The notes under the pieces: model-generated
The model's database searches: none
Told to the model about the DNA's origin: nothing
Seen by the model: the letters and a program-made list of their open reading frames with translations, nothing else
Position numbers and translations under genes: made by a program
NCBI GenBank assembly: GCA_043228905.1
Contig: JBHGNT010000002.1
Coordinates: 23,994,001-24,058,000, forward strand
DNA length: 64,000 nt
Reading direction: 5' to 3'
Source: Azolla caroliniana
Taxonomy: Eukaryota > Plantae > Polypodiophyta
Part shown: piece by piece, positions 48,163 through 60,178 of the stretch
How positions within the stretch are numbered: position 1 is the first letter of the stretch
Layout of the letters: each line of letters starts with the position of its first letter

Positions 48163-51100
48163 ACGATACGGGGAAGGAGCGGACGAAAGCCCACGGACCC
48201 GATTCTGGAGAACTCGGCAATTTGGCCCATATGCCTGTGTAAGACCAAGGAGATGGATGGCGGTACCGAGGAGTCCTGGCACGATGCCAGCGAAGACGGA
48301 TGGGAAAAGGCCTGCGAGGAGGCCGAGGACGGACACAGCACGTGGAGATCGGCATTCCGATTCGGGTGCAGCGTGATCCGGTCGTGGGCCGTTCGATCGG
48401 GGCCTGATTCGGCATGAAGGGGCCAGTACGGAAGGGGGTGCGGGACGAGCCGCCCTCTTTTACATGGGGAGAAAGACCGACTGGGCGAAGGTCGAGATTT
48501 GGAATGAGAATGAAAGCCGGTACGATGGGATTCCTTACACCGATCCGGCTGCAGGCCCGAGTGCTGGCGTGAGTCCTATAAGGGAGATCGGTGGCGACAG
48601 GAGAACGGGTCTCGGCAATCCGGGGAAGGACGAACGGACCCGGACGAGAACCGGGCGGAGCGGACTCCCGGATAACCATTCCGGGAGGGAGGAAGAGAGC
48701 AGGCCTACGAAGAGGCCGAGGACACGGTACGTCGGTACCACGGGAGAGGGTGTGGAGTAAACCGCCCTCTCGGCATGCGGAAAAGGACAACCCGGGACAG
48801 GGTCAGGAAGACAAATCGGCGGTCTACGGAGGATCCTTCACACCGGTTCTAGAGACTTCGGCAGTCAGCAAAGCGGTCGACGTAAGACCAAGATACTGAC
48901 GGTGGCGGCGAGGTGACGAAGACAAAAGGGGCTACGGAAGGGCGGTCGACGGAGGATCCTTCACACTGGTTCTAGAGACTTCGGCAGTCGGCAACGCGGT
49001 CGACGGAGGATCCTTCACACTGGTGCTAGAGACTTCGGCAGTCGGCAACGCGGTCGACGTAAGACCAAGATACTGACGGTGGCGGCGAGGTGACGAAGAC
49101 AAAAGGGGCTACGGAAGGGCGGTCGACGGAGGATCCTTCACACCGGTTCTAGAGACTTCGGCAGTCGGCAACGCGGTCGACGTAAGACCAAGATACTGAC
49201 GGTGGCGGCGAGGTGACGAAGACAATGGGCGTAAGGAAGTCCGGTCCTACGGGATCCCCACACCGGTTCCCGAGACTCCGGCTGTGCTGCCATCGTGGCA
49301 ACGTAAGACTGAGGGAGAAGGAAGGTGGCGGTGGGAAACGGGACCCGGCTACGCGGAAGACACGAGGAGAGTCCGGGAGGGACTCAAACAAAAGACACCC
49401 GAATTCGGCAAGCATAGAGACGGAGTCCGGTCCTATGGGACCCTCACACTGATCCGGAGACTCCGGCAGTTCGGTCAACGTGGCAACGTGAGACCGAGGG
49501 AGAAGGACGGTGGCGGCAGGGAACGGGACCCGACGACACGAGGTTTCGGAAGGAGCCGATAAGGGCAAACACGGAGAGGTGTGTCAGGCCGGAAAGGCAC
49601 ACCTTGGACAAAACATGAGTCTCGCAAGTGGCCATCGCGGTCCGGATCGAAGCGTGACTACGGGACGGTGCCAAACAACGGGCGAGGGTACATGGCACAC
49701 GGAGGTGCCGAAGAGGGAAGACGAGCGTGGAGGACATCGGAAAGGGATCCTCCACACCGTTCCGGAGACCATGGCGGTTCGAGCCGACGTGGCGATGTAA
49801 GACCATGGAGAAGGAAGGTGGCGGCGGAAGGACGGCGCGGCGAAACACCAAGATCGACGACATAGGCCGAGCGCGATCGGCATGAGCGGAGAGTCGTATC
49901 TAGGAAAACGGAGGAGATGTGCGGAGAGCAACGGGGTACACACCCGGAAGGGAAGCACGGGCATCGGATACAGCGGGTCGGATGTAGTCGGTGGTTCAAG
50001 GACCCACGGCGGACGTGGCAGATCGGGTGGAGGCAACGACTCGGCGAACATCGTCGAGTGTGGCTGATCGGATGGCGCCGACGGTTCGAGACCATTCGGC
50101 GAGGATGGTGGGCCGGAAGGCGGCGGTGGTTCGTGTGGACGGGGTGGTCTTGCTCGAAGTAGAAGACAAAGTCGGGCGGACCCGCCAGGATGCTAAGGAC
50201 TCGGTCGGTCGTGGTGGCCGAAAATCTCGTGTTCTCTCCCCTATGTTTTGGCACATACTGGAGGATGTGCGGTTAGGTGGGGGCGGATGTCGTGAAGATT
50301 TACGTCCACAAGCGGAAACCGGGAAACATTCACTACATCGGCGGGGTGCAGCGTGTGTACGCACCCATGTACATTTAGTGTGAATATCGACGGCGCCTTT
50401 ATGGCGCTGAAGAGTAGTTAAGTCGGGACAGACAATCCCATGTAAGTCGAGATTTGTCCCACATTGTAACGCATCCCTTTCCTTGTTCTATAAAAGGAAG
50501 GGAACGCCCTTTGTGAAAGGGTTGCCCATTTTGCATTAGAGGGTATACCGTTAGGTTTAGAGTTAGCTTCTTCTTCTTCTTCTTCTCCTTCGTGTTCGCT
50601 TAGGGTTTGTTGCAGCTCATCTCCTGTGCAAGACCCCGCTCGGCGCGACGACCCCGAGAGCTCCCCGACGGCGCCTTGACAATAGACGATTGTTGTAAGC
50701 TATCTTGGTCCGGCTCGAAGCCGGGAATGTATTCTTCATATATATACATACATATACGTTTACATTTGTCTATGTATATTCGCGTCGCTGTTGGCGTCGG
50801 GTGCTTACCCTCTCCTGCGTTTTCTGTACATAAGGCGCGAGTCGAGTTGAGCTGTGTGTACGACTGTGTGGCTGTGTGTGTGTGTGTGTGCGTGAGTCGG
50901 TGTTAATCTCTCTCTCTCCCTTCGGTTGCTTCCGGTGTGTTTCTGGGATGCCCCGGAAACAGTGAAGCACGACTTCCTACGCTCCATCGCTCTCTAGTCC
51001 AAGACCCCCGTGGGCCCGCCTTTCTCCACGCACGCGCGTAACAATGCGACAACGTGCAACATAAATTGATATGTGCACCATAAATGTATACCATAAATTA

Positions 51101-51221
51101 TATATCGAATTCCTAGGTCCATTATGCATGATCCTTTGCCACATCACGTAGGCCATTTCTAGGTGAGTATTGTGGGTTAGTTGCTACCACTGTTGCTAAA
51201 CCTTATCGAGTCCACCTACCG

Positions 51222-51830
51222 CCACTCTACACTCAGGGGCCGCTACTGTGCGTTCCAAGCATCATCAAAGAGCTACTCAATCTGACGGGGTTCTCTTCTC
51301 TGTGCCACTCTACACTCAGGGGCCGCTACTGTGCGTTCCAAGCATCATCTAAGAGCTACTCAATCTGACGGGGTTCTCTTCTCTGTGCCACTCTACACTC
51401 AGGGGCCGCTACTGTGCGTTCCAAGCATCATCAAAGAGCTGTTCAATCTGACGGGGTTCTCTTCTCTGTGCCACTCTACACTCAGGGGCCGCTACTGTGC
51501 ATTCCAAGCATCATCAAAGAGTTGTTCAATCTGATGGGGTTCTCTTCTCTTTGCCACTCTACACTCAGGGGCCGCTACTGTGCGTTCCAAGCATCATCAA
51601 AGAGCTGTTCAATCTGACAGGGTTCTCTTCTCTGTGCCACTCTACACTCAGGGGCCACTACTATGCGTTCCAAGCATCATCGGTAACTGTTCAATCTGAC
51701 GGGGTTCTCTCCTCCATTGCCATCATTCTACACTCAGGGGCCACTACTATGCGTTCCAAGCATCATCGGTAACTGTTCAATCTGACGGGGTTCTCTCCTC
51801 CATTGCCATCATTCTACACTCAGTTGCCGC
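51222..51830. repeat. 83-bp tandem repeat upstream of transposase 2
   Basis: Unit CACTCTACACTCAGGGGCCGCTACTGTGCGTTCCAAGCATCATCAAAGAGC...; period 83 (repeat-derived ORFs start at 51331, 51414, 51497); about 7 copies decaying rightwards. Confidence 0.93.
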
Positions 51831-52104
51831 TACTGTCCAGTCCTGGATTGCTTCCACATTTCGATTTGACGGAGTTCACTCATCCAATGGCAACATTCTA
51901 CACTCAGTTGTTGCCATTGGTCGGTCCTGGATCGCCTCCTCAACTGTTCGATCCAACGGAGTGAACTCCTCTACTGTTTGGTCTTGGATTGCAATAACTT
52001 TTCTGTCTATTGATCTTTTGTATTGTGGAATATTTTTGTGTATTGTTGTTGCCCATAGCCATCTTAAATACTTGTTTTTTTTTCTGGAACTTTAGGGTTT
52101 TAAT

Positions 52105-53758
52105 ATGTCCAACCAAATGGAAGGGGAAGAAGGGTGTTTACAATTACCCCTCAATGATCATAAGGATAGGGATGATGCTATCAGGACACAACAAGCCATA
52201 CGAAACTATTGGGCAGAAAAAAAAAGGAAACATCGTCAATTGTTGAAGGATACGAAAGCCACACTCAGTAAAGGTAAGGATAGTTTAGCTGAGAATGTAA
52301 GTAATGCGACTACCATCATAGAGAGAAAGGTTGTAGACTATTTCAATGTTCAAACCAAGCACATCAGCAATGAAGAAAAGAAGGTAGTACTTTATGGAAT
52401 ATGTAATGATCCATCGATAAAGGACTTAGTTGATTGTAATGGTCTTAATGCAAACATATCATCTATTTTAGTAAATAATCTTCGTAATAGTTTCGTATCC
52501 ATGAGCAGGCCAGAAGATGATCTTGTCTTAAAAAGGTCTAGTCTAATGATGTTACTTAATAGTGATGTTGACGATATAAACATCAGTGAGCTATCTAAGG
52601 TAATTGGTGTTAGTAGAAAAACAGTGTACAATACAATGAACCGTATAATTTCCTCGGGTGAAGGAACTAGTCTACTAAAGCTAAGTACAAGATGTAAGCC
52701 AATGACACCCATAACATTTGAAATCAAGGATGTAATCACAATGTTTTGGACTAATGAGAGTAGGGTTTCACCCAATAAAAAGGATTTATGCAGGAAACAT
52801 GTTGGAAGAAATCAATACGAGGAGCATCCCATTCATCTTCTTGATGTACCTTAGGTATTTACATTTATCTCAACATTTGTTTTGACTCTACACGGAAAGT
52901 TAATTAGCTCAGTTAGCAGAAAAGCTAATTAGCTTATCAATTACATTTACCTCAGTTAGCTACTAGGATAGCTACTACATAGGTAACTAGCTACTCTCAA
53001 TAGCTACTACCATGATAGCTAATTAGCTATTCTCAATAGCTAATTTAGGTACTACCAGATAATTAGTTGTCCTGGTAGCTAGTTAGCTATCATGGTAGCT
53101 AGTTAGCTATTTCGTTATTACCAGCTAATTAGCTACTAGTAAAGCTAATTAGTTACCATGATAGCTAATTACCTTACTAGGACAGCTAATTAGCCACCAT
53201 GATAGCTAATTAGCTACTAGACCAACTAATTAGCTACCATGATAACTAATTAGTTACTAGGAAAGCTAATTAGCTACCATGATAGCTAATTAGTTACTAC
53301 GAAAGCTAATTAGCTACCATGATAGCTAATTAGTTACTAGGAAAGCTAATTAGCCACCATGATCGTTAATTAGCTGCTAGACCAACTAATTAGCTACCAT
53401 GATAGCTAATTAGCTACTAGGACAACTAATTAGCTACTAGGACAACTAATTAGCTACCATGATAGCTAATTAGGTACTAGAATAGCTAATAATCTACTAA
53501 AATATCTAATAAGCTACTAGAATAGCTAATTAGCTACTAGGATAGTTAGCTAGTTACGAGAATAACTAATTCCCCTTTATTACGCAGGTCGATTTATTTA
53601 TTAGGTTCAAACGAATGCATCCAACTATCAAAGTTCAACTACGAACATTTGAGTTTGTTAAGCCACACTTTGTGAGACGCTTAAAGGATCAATACACATG
53701 TTGTTGCATTTACCATGTACAAATGGGTTTTCTGAAGGACTCTATTAATCTACTACGT
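52105..53758 (+). pseudogene. Sola2-like transposase 2, 5' exons (52105-52854; 53588-53758)
   Basis: ESRVSPNKKDLCRK...HPIHLLDVP ends in TAG (probably from CAG) followed by GT. Intron 52855-53587. The next exon VDLFIRFKRMHP...KPHFVRRLKDQYTCCCIYH is homologous to copy 1. Confidence 0.85.
52900..53570. repeat. TAGCTA/TAATTA-cored ~20-bp minisatellite filling the transposase 2 intron
   Basis: Alternating GATAGCTAATTAGCTACTAG- and GAAAGCTAATTAGCTACCAT-type units. Confidence 0.92.
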
Positions 53759-54094
53759 CTTCGAGGTATTCCTCGCGGATGCGTGGAATGAGGCGGGACC
53801 TCGGGGGTCCTGTACCGAAGAGCAAGAGAGAAAGGAGAAGAGACCACTACGTGCGAGCATAGATCCACATGGACACAACCCTTCGACACAAAGACGCGAG
53901 TGGGACAGCGACACAGAGAGACACGAATGTATGTATGTATTAACAAAGACAAAACAACAAGAAGCCCAAAGTTGGTTACAACCGAACATGCGCCACCTAA
54001 CCGCGCATCCACCGGCATGCGCCAAATTGAGTTGGGACGGAGAAAACTGGTCCAGCCTTCATTCCCCGCCCGTCGGTTCTTCCTCGGTTTCGGA

Positions 54095-54870
54095 TCATTC
54101 GTCGTTCCGGTCCAGGTTAACTAGATCCGGCTCGTTGTCGTGACGCTTCTTGAACGCTTTGATCCGCTTCCCAGCTACCGGTATCGCCATTCTCGTGCCG
54201 TCAAGTTCCGCCAGATGGTACGTCCCGTTGTCGTTGGCACTTTGTACCACGTAAGGCCTGAACCACCTTCTTGCGAACTTCCGTGTTGCTCGGTGCTGGT
54301 TGTCAAGGCTGTTGTCATAGATTAGCACCCAGTCGCCTTCCTCGATCTTCTTCGGTCGGAGCCGGTGCGTCCGGTCGAACTGGGCTTTGTTCCTCGTCCT
54401 TGCCACTCGAAGCTTTCCTGCAGCCTGCTCCATGTCCTCCGGTCTTCGCTCGAACTGTCGTATACGCGCCGCCAGCAGTTCCTCCCGGCTCATCTTGTCT
54501 CTCCAGTCCACGGTTGCCCACGAGGAGATCGTACGTTCCATCGGCATGACCGGCTTCTGCCCAAACATGAGCTTTGCTGGCATGAATCCGGTTACCGAAC
54601 TGTGCGTAGTTCGGTCAGCCCACAACGCATAAGGCAGCAGCCGCGGCCAGTTCCCGACTTGCCCCCCGCATGCCCGAACTAACGCCTTGACGATCGGTCC
54701 ATGTCCGCGCTCCACCTTCCCATTCGCCTCCGGATTGTACGCAGTGGTAAGTGAGAGCTTGACTCCTAGCCGGTCGAACAGCTCCTCGGCCTCTTCGGCG
54801 TCCAACTCCCCGTGATCAGCCACAATCTTCCTGACGCACCCGTACCGGCATATCACGTCCTCGACCAGGG
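54095..54870 (-). pseudogene. Integrase core/C-terminus of element 53759-62967
   Basis: DVICRYG..IVADHGEL, LPYALWADRTT, YHLAELDG; N-terminus deleted. Confidence 0.88.
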
Positions 54871-55441
54871 GCTGAAGTTCGCGATGACTTCGTACATCTC
54901 TTCGGAACATACCGGTATCGTCCGGTCTTCGTTAAGGTCTTCTCCGGCTACCTTCCTCAGCATCCCCAAGGTGTCGTCGAAGGAGACCGCCTCCACGGCC
55001 CCGCTGATTTCCTCGTCCGGGCTGAGAACTTCGCACGCTCGAAGTCGCTCCTCCGCCCTTGCCCTTTCTCGGCCAACGATGCCGACCATCATACACCCTC
55101 CGTTGTTGGAGAAGCAGAATTTTCTACCTATCGCACAAGGTTTCTTCGGTTTCGGTTCTATCGTACAGCTGTGGGGTCTTTCCCAAGTGTCCGGACTGTC
55201 TCGGCCCCACGCCTTGGCAGCCCTCTCTAAAAATCCTCCCGGTTCTCGCCACCGAGGGATTCGCGGTTTCGCTCGTGGTTCGGTCGCACCGTCAGAAATT
55301 GGACCGAATGGCGCCCGTCCTGGCTTTTGACCCTTGCGTAGGCCGAACCGTTGTCTAGCACCTTGGTCTCCATCCGCGCCGCCGTGATGTATGGTTCCCC
55401 TAATATGACCGGGTGCGAGGACGTCTCCTGTACGAAGAAGT

Positions 55442-56062
55442 TGTTGGGATTACGGTCCCTTCGGATGGGATGGTCGGATGTCGGAGATGAATGCCGACGA
55501 GCCCGGTTTCGGTTTCGGATCCGGATGACGAAGACCCCGGCTTCAGTGCCGGATGACGAATGTACCCGGAGAGCAATCCGGATGCAGGGACATATCCGTG
55601 AATATGTTCGTTATGGGCCCCTGAGGCTATAGTTGTAAATAGCCCTAAAGTCATATATGTATAAATATGACTTAGGGCAAATAGTTTTTGTGTTGCTTCT
55701 CATTTTTCTGTTTTTCCACTTTAGAGGAGTGAAGAGAGAGCAGCCGAGAGAGAGAGAGAAAGAGAGAGAGCGCGAGAGAGAAAGAGGTAGACGCCTCTGT
55801 GTATTTCCGCCGCCTGTGGCGAGGACAGCGAGCTCAAGGTCGTCGCCTTGGAGCTCGTCATTGTATACTTCTCTGTATAGTGTTGTTTGGAGTCTTGTAC
55901 TCCCGTGGTTTTTCCCCGTTTAGGGTTTTCCACGTTAATCCTTGTGTACTCGCGTTTCTTCGTTTTGTTTCTACGTGTGTTTCCTATTTTCTGCTCCATT
56001 GATCCGCGATTAATCGGTTGTGGCCGAGATAAGAAGGTGAATAGAAGCGTCAATTCTCAACA
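55442..56062 (+). repeat. 5' LTR of copia B
   Basis: TGTTG...CAACA termini; TATAAAT and a (GA)n tract inside. Confidence 0.97.
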
Positions 56063-56091
56063 AACTGGTATCAGAGCGACTGTTGCAGAAA

Positions 56092-59000
56092 ATGGAAGGC
56101 GGCGGCAGCGGGCAGCCGATGATGATGGTGCTGAATGCACAGAATTACGCCGACTGGAAGATCAAGATGGAGGATCTTCTGATTGTTCGGGACCTGTACG
56201 AACCGATTGACAGGTCGGAAATACCGAAGGGGGTACTTGAGTCGGAGTGGAAGCTCCTGAACCGGAAAGCCGTAGCGACGATCCGACAATATGTCGACGT
56301 AAGCGTCCTGCAACATGTGGCGAACGACACCAACGCATACGAGATGTGGAAGAAGCTGTCTGGCCTCTATGAGAGGAAGAATGCGTTGAACCGGACCTCC
56401 CTGATGAGGAAGATAGTGAACCTCAAGTACCGGGACGGCGAGAGTATGGTAGAACACGTAAGCACGTTCATGGGATTCGTGAATCAGCTTGCGGCGATCA
56501 AGTTCCCGTTGGAGGATGCAATGCAAGCCATCATCCTGATGTGTACATTGCCGGACAGCTGGGAGAACTTGGTGGTGACTCTCAGCACCTCCTGCACCGA
56601 AGATAACTTGTCCCTACAAACGGTAAAGACAAGTATTCTGAATGAAGAAGCGCGTCGGAGAGATAAGGAACCGGCCTCCGACCCGAAGATGCTGTTTACC
56701 GAATCGGATCGGGGAAGACAGTGGAACCGGAGTCCGCAAAGACGGGAGAAGTCGGGGACCTGGTCGCAGTCAAGAGGAAGGCCAACATGCTTCCACTGTG
56801 GGAAGCCGGGGCACTTCCGGAAGAACTGTCGGCATTACCGAAAGGACAACGGAGCCGACGACACCGATTCGAAGAAGTCACCGGAGAGAAACGGTGCATA
56901 CCAGGGAGCCACGGACCGGAGAGGTCCGGATCGGCGAGGGCAGGACCGGAAAGGAACGACGGCATTCGCGGCAAGTGAAGAAGAGATAATGCTCATTACC
57001 GAAGAGACGGAGCTAAACCTTGCCGGTGAAGAGATGACCTGGGTGGTCGATTCCGGAGCGTCGTTCCACCTGACCCTGGAGAAGAAATACTTCTCATCCT
57101 ACACAGCCGGTGAACATGGCTGTGTCCGGATGGGAAATGAAGGCACATGCCGGATTGCCGGCATAGGAGACGTGTGGCTGATGACATCAACCGGATGCAA
57201 GCTGCTGCTGAAGAATGTGCGACACGTTCCGGAGGTCCGATTGAACCTGATCTCGGCCGGGAGGCTAGATGATGAAGGCTACACGGGTAGCATCCGGGAC
57301 GGTGTCATGAAGTTCAGCAAGGGGAGCCTGATAGTGGCTCGGGCCCGGAAGGTCAACACTCTGTACCTGATGAATTCCCGGCTATGTCCGGAGGAGCTGA
57401 ACGTGGCAGCCGTCGCTGCCGGTGAGCTGTGGCACAAGCGACTGTGCCACATGAGTGAGAAGGGGATGAAGAGGCTTGCAGAAGACAACCTTATTCCAGT
57501 GAAGCATGTGCACCTGGAGAAGTGCACCGACTGCCTGGCCGGTAAGCAAAACCGAACCTCCTTCCACTCAAGGCCACCGACGAGACGTAGCGCACCATTG
57601 GAGTTGGTGCACACTGATGTGTGTCAGGTAGAAACGAAGTCACATGGCGGAGCCCAGTACTTCGTGACATTCATTGATGATCACAGCCGGAAGCTGTGGA
57701 CGGCACCGTTGAAGACAAAGGACCAAGTGTTGTCCGTCTTCAAAGAACTCCACGCGAGAGTGGAAAGGGAATCCGGCAAGAAGCTGAAAGCGATACGAGC
57801 GGATAACGGAGGGGAATACCGGGGGCAGTTCCAGGAGTACTGTCGCTCGAAGGGAATCCGGCTCGAGTTTACTGTGCCGAAGACGCCGGAACTGAACGGG
57901 CTGGCCGAGAGGATGAACCGGACCATAATGGAGCGGGTCCGGAGTATGCTGGCGCATGCGAAATTACCCAAGGGGTTTTGGGCTGAGGCAATGTCGACGG
58001 CGACATATGTGATAAACAGATCACCCTCAGTTCCTTTGGACGGAGACACGCCGCAGAGAGTGTGGACCGGTAAGGAAGTGTCCTACCGGCATCTGAAGGT
58101 GTTCGGGTGTCTCGCATACGTGCATGTGGCAAAGGACCGGAGAGGAAAGCTAGATCCTAAGACCCGGCCATGCATATTCCTCGGTTACGGCGACGACGAG
58201 TTCGGCTACCGAGTATGGGACCCGGTCGACAAGAAGATATTCAGGAGTCGAGACATCATCTTCATGGAGGACAAGACACTCGCCGACTGGGAGTCGGAGA
58301 AGAAGATGAAGAGCTCCAAGTCGATCGGTGAGGATCAACTCTACGAGGAGCAGTCCCGACCGGCAAGGGACCGGTTAACACTCGAGGATCCGGCCGAAGA
58401 CGGTGAAGAAACAGAACCGGCCGAAGAAGATGAAAATGATACCGGAACCGGCCCCGATCCCGAAATGGATTCGGATGAAGAAGAAGAATCGAAAGAACCG
58501 GTTACCGAAGCTCCGGAACGGAGATACCCTCTAAGAGAGAGAAGGGCCCCCCGGAGATTTCCGGAACCAGAGCACGTGTTGCTAACCGACGAGGGGGAGC
58601 CGGAGAGCTTTGAAGAAGCAAAGCATGACACCCAGAGCCGCAGGTGGTTGAGTGCCATGCAGGACGAGATGGATTCCCTGCATGAGAACCACACATATGA
58701 ACTTGTGGAGTTGCCGAAAGGAAAGCGGGCACTGCGAAACAAGTGGGTGTTCAAGCTGAAACCGGGAGATGCCGGAAACCCCCCGAGATACAAAGCCAGG
58801 ATCGTGGTGAAGGGGTTTCAGCAGAAGAAGGGCGTCGACTTCGACGAGATATTTGCCCCGGTAGTGAAGATGACCTCCATCCGGACGGTGCTGAGCATAG
58901 CGGCAAGCATGGACCTCGAGGTAGAACAGATGGACGTGAAGACGGCATTCCTTCACGGTGACCTCGATGAAGAGATCTACATGCAGCAACCGGAAGGATT

Positions 59001-60168
59001 CGAGAAGAAAGGGAAGGAGCACCTGGTATGCCGATTGAAGAAGAGCCTTTACGGACTGAAGCAGGCTCCCCGGCAATGGTACCGGAAGTTCGACTCCTTC
59101 ATGACCGACGAAGGGTACCTCAAAACGCAGTCCGACCACTGCGTGTTTGTGAAGAAGTTCGAAGGAGGAGACTCCCTAATACTCCTCCTGTACGTGGACG
59201 ACATGTTGATCGTCGGACGGGACCAGGTCAAGATACGGATGCTGAAGAAGGCTCTTCACCGAACCTTCTCAATGAAGGACCTGGGTCCGGCGAGGCAAAT
59301 ACTAGGGATGCACATCATCCGGGACAGGAAGAAGAAGCAGTTGTGGCTGTCACAGGAGAAGTACGTGACGAAGGTGCTTCACCGGTTCAACATGTGGGAA
59401 GCAAGACCGGTCGGATCGACCCTCCCTGCAAACTGCAAGCTGTCCAGCAAGCAAAGTCCCAAGACAAAGGCTGAAAAGGAGGATATGATGAAAGTGCCGT
59501 ATGCCTCAGCAGTCGGGAGCTTGATGTACGCCATGGTGTGTACGAGACCGGACATCGGATATGCAGTCGGAGTGGTGAGCCGGTACATGAGCAATCCCGG
59601 CAAAGAGCATTGGAACGCGGCCAAGTGGATACTCCGATACCTGAAGGGCACGGCAAACGTGTGCCTCCGATTCGGCTCCGGTAAGCCCGAACTCGACGGC
59701 TTCACCGATTCGGATATGTCGGCTGATGCAGATACCAGCCGGTCCACATCAGGGTATGTGATGACGTATGCAGGGGGAGCTGTTTCGTGGCAGTCGAGGC
59801 TGCAGAAGACGGTTGCGTTGTCAACCACGGAGGCGGAGTACATGGCAGCTGTTGAAGCCGGCAAGGAAATAATATGGATGAAGGACTTCATTAGAGAGCT
59901 CGGTATCCGGCAGGAGGAGTACCGACTCTACTGCGACAGTCAGAGTGCAATCCACCTTGCGAAGAACGCGGCTTATCACTCCCGGACGAAGCACATCCAG
60001 CGAAGATATCACTGGATCCGGGAAAGGATAGAAGACAAGGAGTTCGTGCTGACAAAGATCCACACGGACGAGAACGGGTCGGATATGCTGACCAAGGTCC
60101 TCACACCCGACAAGCTGGAAGCATGCCGGAAGAGGGTCGGATTGGAGAGACATCCCATGCCGAAGTGA
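56092..60168 (+). CDS. Complete copia Gag-Pol polyprotein (1358 aa)
   Basis: Uninterrupted ORF with CFHCGKPGHFRKNC, WVVDSGAS, LWHKRLCH, VHTD/ADNGGEY/NGLAERMN, QMDVKTAFLHG, LYVDDM, YCDSQSA. Confidence 0.97.
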   Translation: MEGGGSGQPMMMVLNAQNYADWKIKMEDLLIVRDLYEPIDRSEIPKGVLESEWKLLNRKAVATIRQYVDVSVLQHVANDTNAYEMWKKLSGLYERKNALNRTSLMRKIVNLKYRDGESMVEHVSTFMGFVNQLAAIKFPLEDAMQAIILMCTLPDSWENLVVTLSTSCTEDNLSLQTVKTSILNEEARRRDKEPASDPKMLFTESDRGRQWNRSPQRREKSGTWSQSRGRPTCFHCGKPGHFRKNCRHYRKDNGADDTDSKKSPERNGAYQGATDRRGPDRRGQDRKGTTAFAASEEEIMLITEETELNLAGEEMTWVVDSGASFHLTLEKKYFSSYTAGEHGCVRMGNEGTCRIAGIGDVWLMTSTGCKLLLKNVRHVPEVRLNLISAGRLDDEGYTGSIRDGVMKFSKGSLIVARARKVNTLYLMNSRLCPEELNVAAVAAGELWHKRLCHMSEKGMKRLAEDNLIPVKHVHLEKCTDCLAGKQNRTSFHSRPPTRRSAPLELVHTDVCQVETKSHGGAQYFVTFIDDHSRKLWTAPLKTKDQVLSVFKELHARVERESGKKLKAIRADNGGEYRGQFQEYCRSKGIRLEFTVPKTPELNGLAERMNRTIMERVRSMLAHAKLPKGFWAEAMSTATYVINRSPSVPLDGDTPQRVWTGKEVSYRHLKVFGCLAYVHVAKDRRGKLDPKTRPCIFLGYGDDEFGYRVWDPVDKKIFRSRDIIFMEDKTLADWESEKKMKSSKSIGEDQLYEEQSRPARDRLTLEDPAEDGEETEPAEEDENDTGTGPDPEMDSDEEEESKEPVTEAPERRYPLRERRAPRRFPEPEHVLLTDEGEPESFEEAKHDTQSRRWLSAMQDEMDSLHENHTYELVELPKGKRALRNKWVFKLKPGDAGNPPRYKARIVVKGFQQKKGVDFDEIFAPVVKMTSIRTVLSIAASMDLEVEQMDVKTAFLHGDLDEEIYMQQPEGFEKKGKEHLVCRLKKSLYGLKQAPRQWYRKFDSFMTDEGYLKTQSDHCVFVKKFEGGDSLILLLYVDDMLIVGRDQVKIRMLKKALHRTFSMKDLGPARQILGMHIIRDRKKKQLWLSQEKYVTKVLHRFNMWEARPVGSTLPANCKLSSKQSPKTKAEKEDMMKVPYASAVGSLMYAMVCTRPDIGYAVGVVSRYMSNPGKEHWNAAKWILRYLKGTANVCLRFGSGKPELDGFTDSDMSADADTSRSTSGYVMTYAGGAVSWQSRLQKTVALSTTEAEYMAAVEAGKEIIWMKDFIRELGIRQEEYRLYCDSQSAIHLAKNAAYHSRTKHIQRRYHWIRERIEDKEFVLTKIHTDENGSDMLTKVLTPDKLEACRKRVGLERHPMPK

Positions 60169-60178
60169 AGGGGGAGTT

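Larger units (their letters stand above)
46175..51051 (+). mobile_element. Non-autonomous gag-only LTR element (TR-GAG-like) 2
   Basis: LTRs TGTCGTGAAG...GCGACA at 46175-46940 and 50288-51051. PBS at 46945-46962. PPT GGTGGGGGCGGA. 4-bp TSD ATGT/ACGT. Internal ~122-bp repeats at 48825-49270. Confidence 0.92.

Noticed and set aside
55400-56053. Duplicated small ORFs (88 and 110 aa), also at 60101-60790
   Set aside because: They are identical only because they lie in the paired LTRs.
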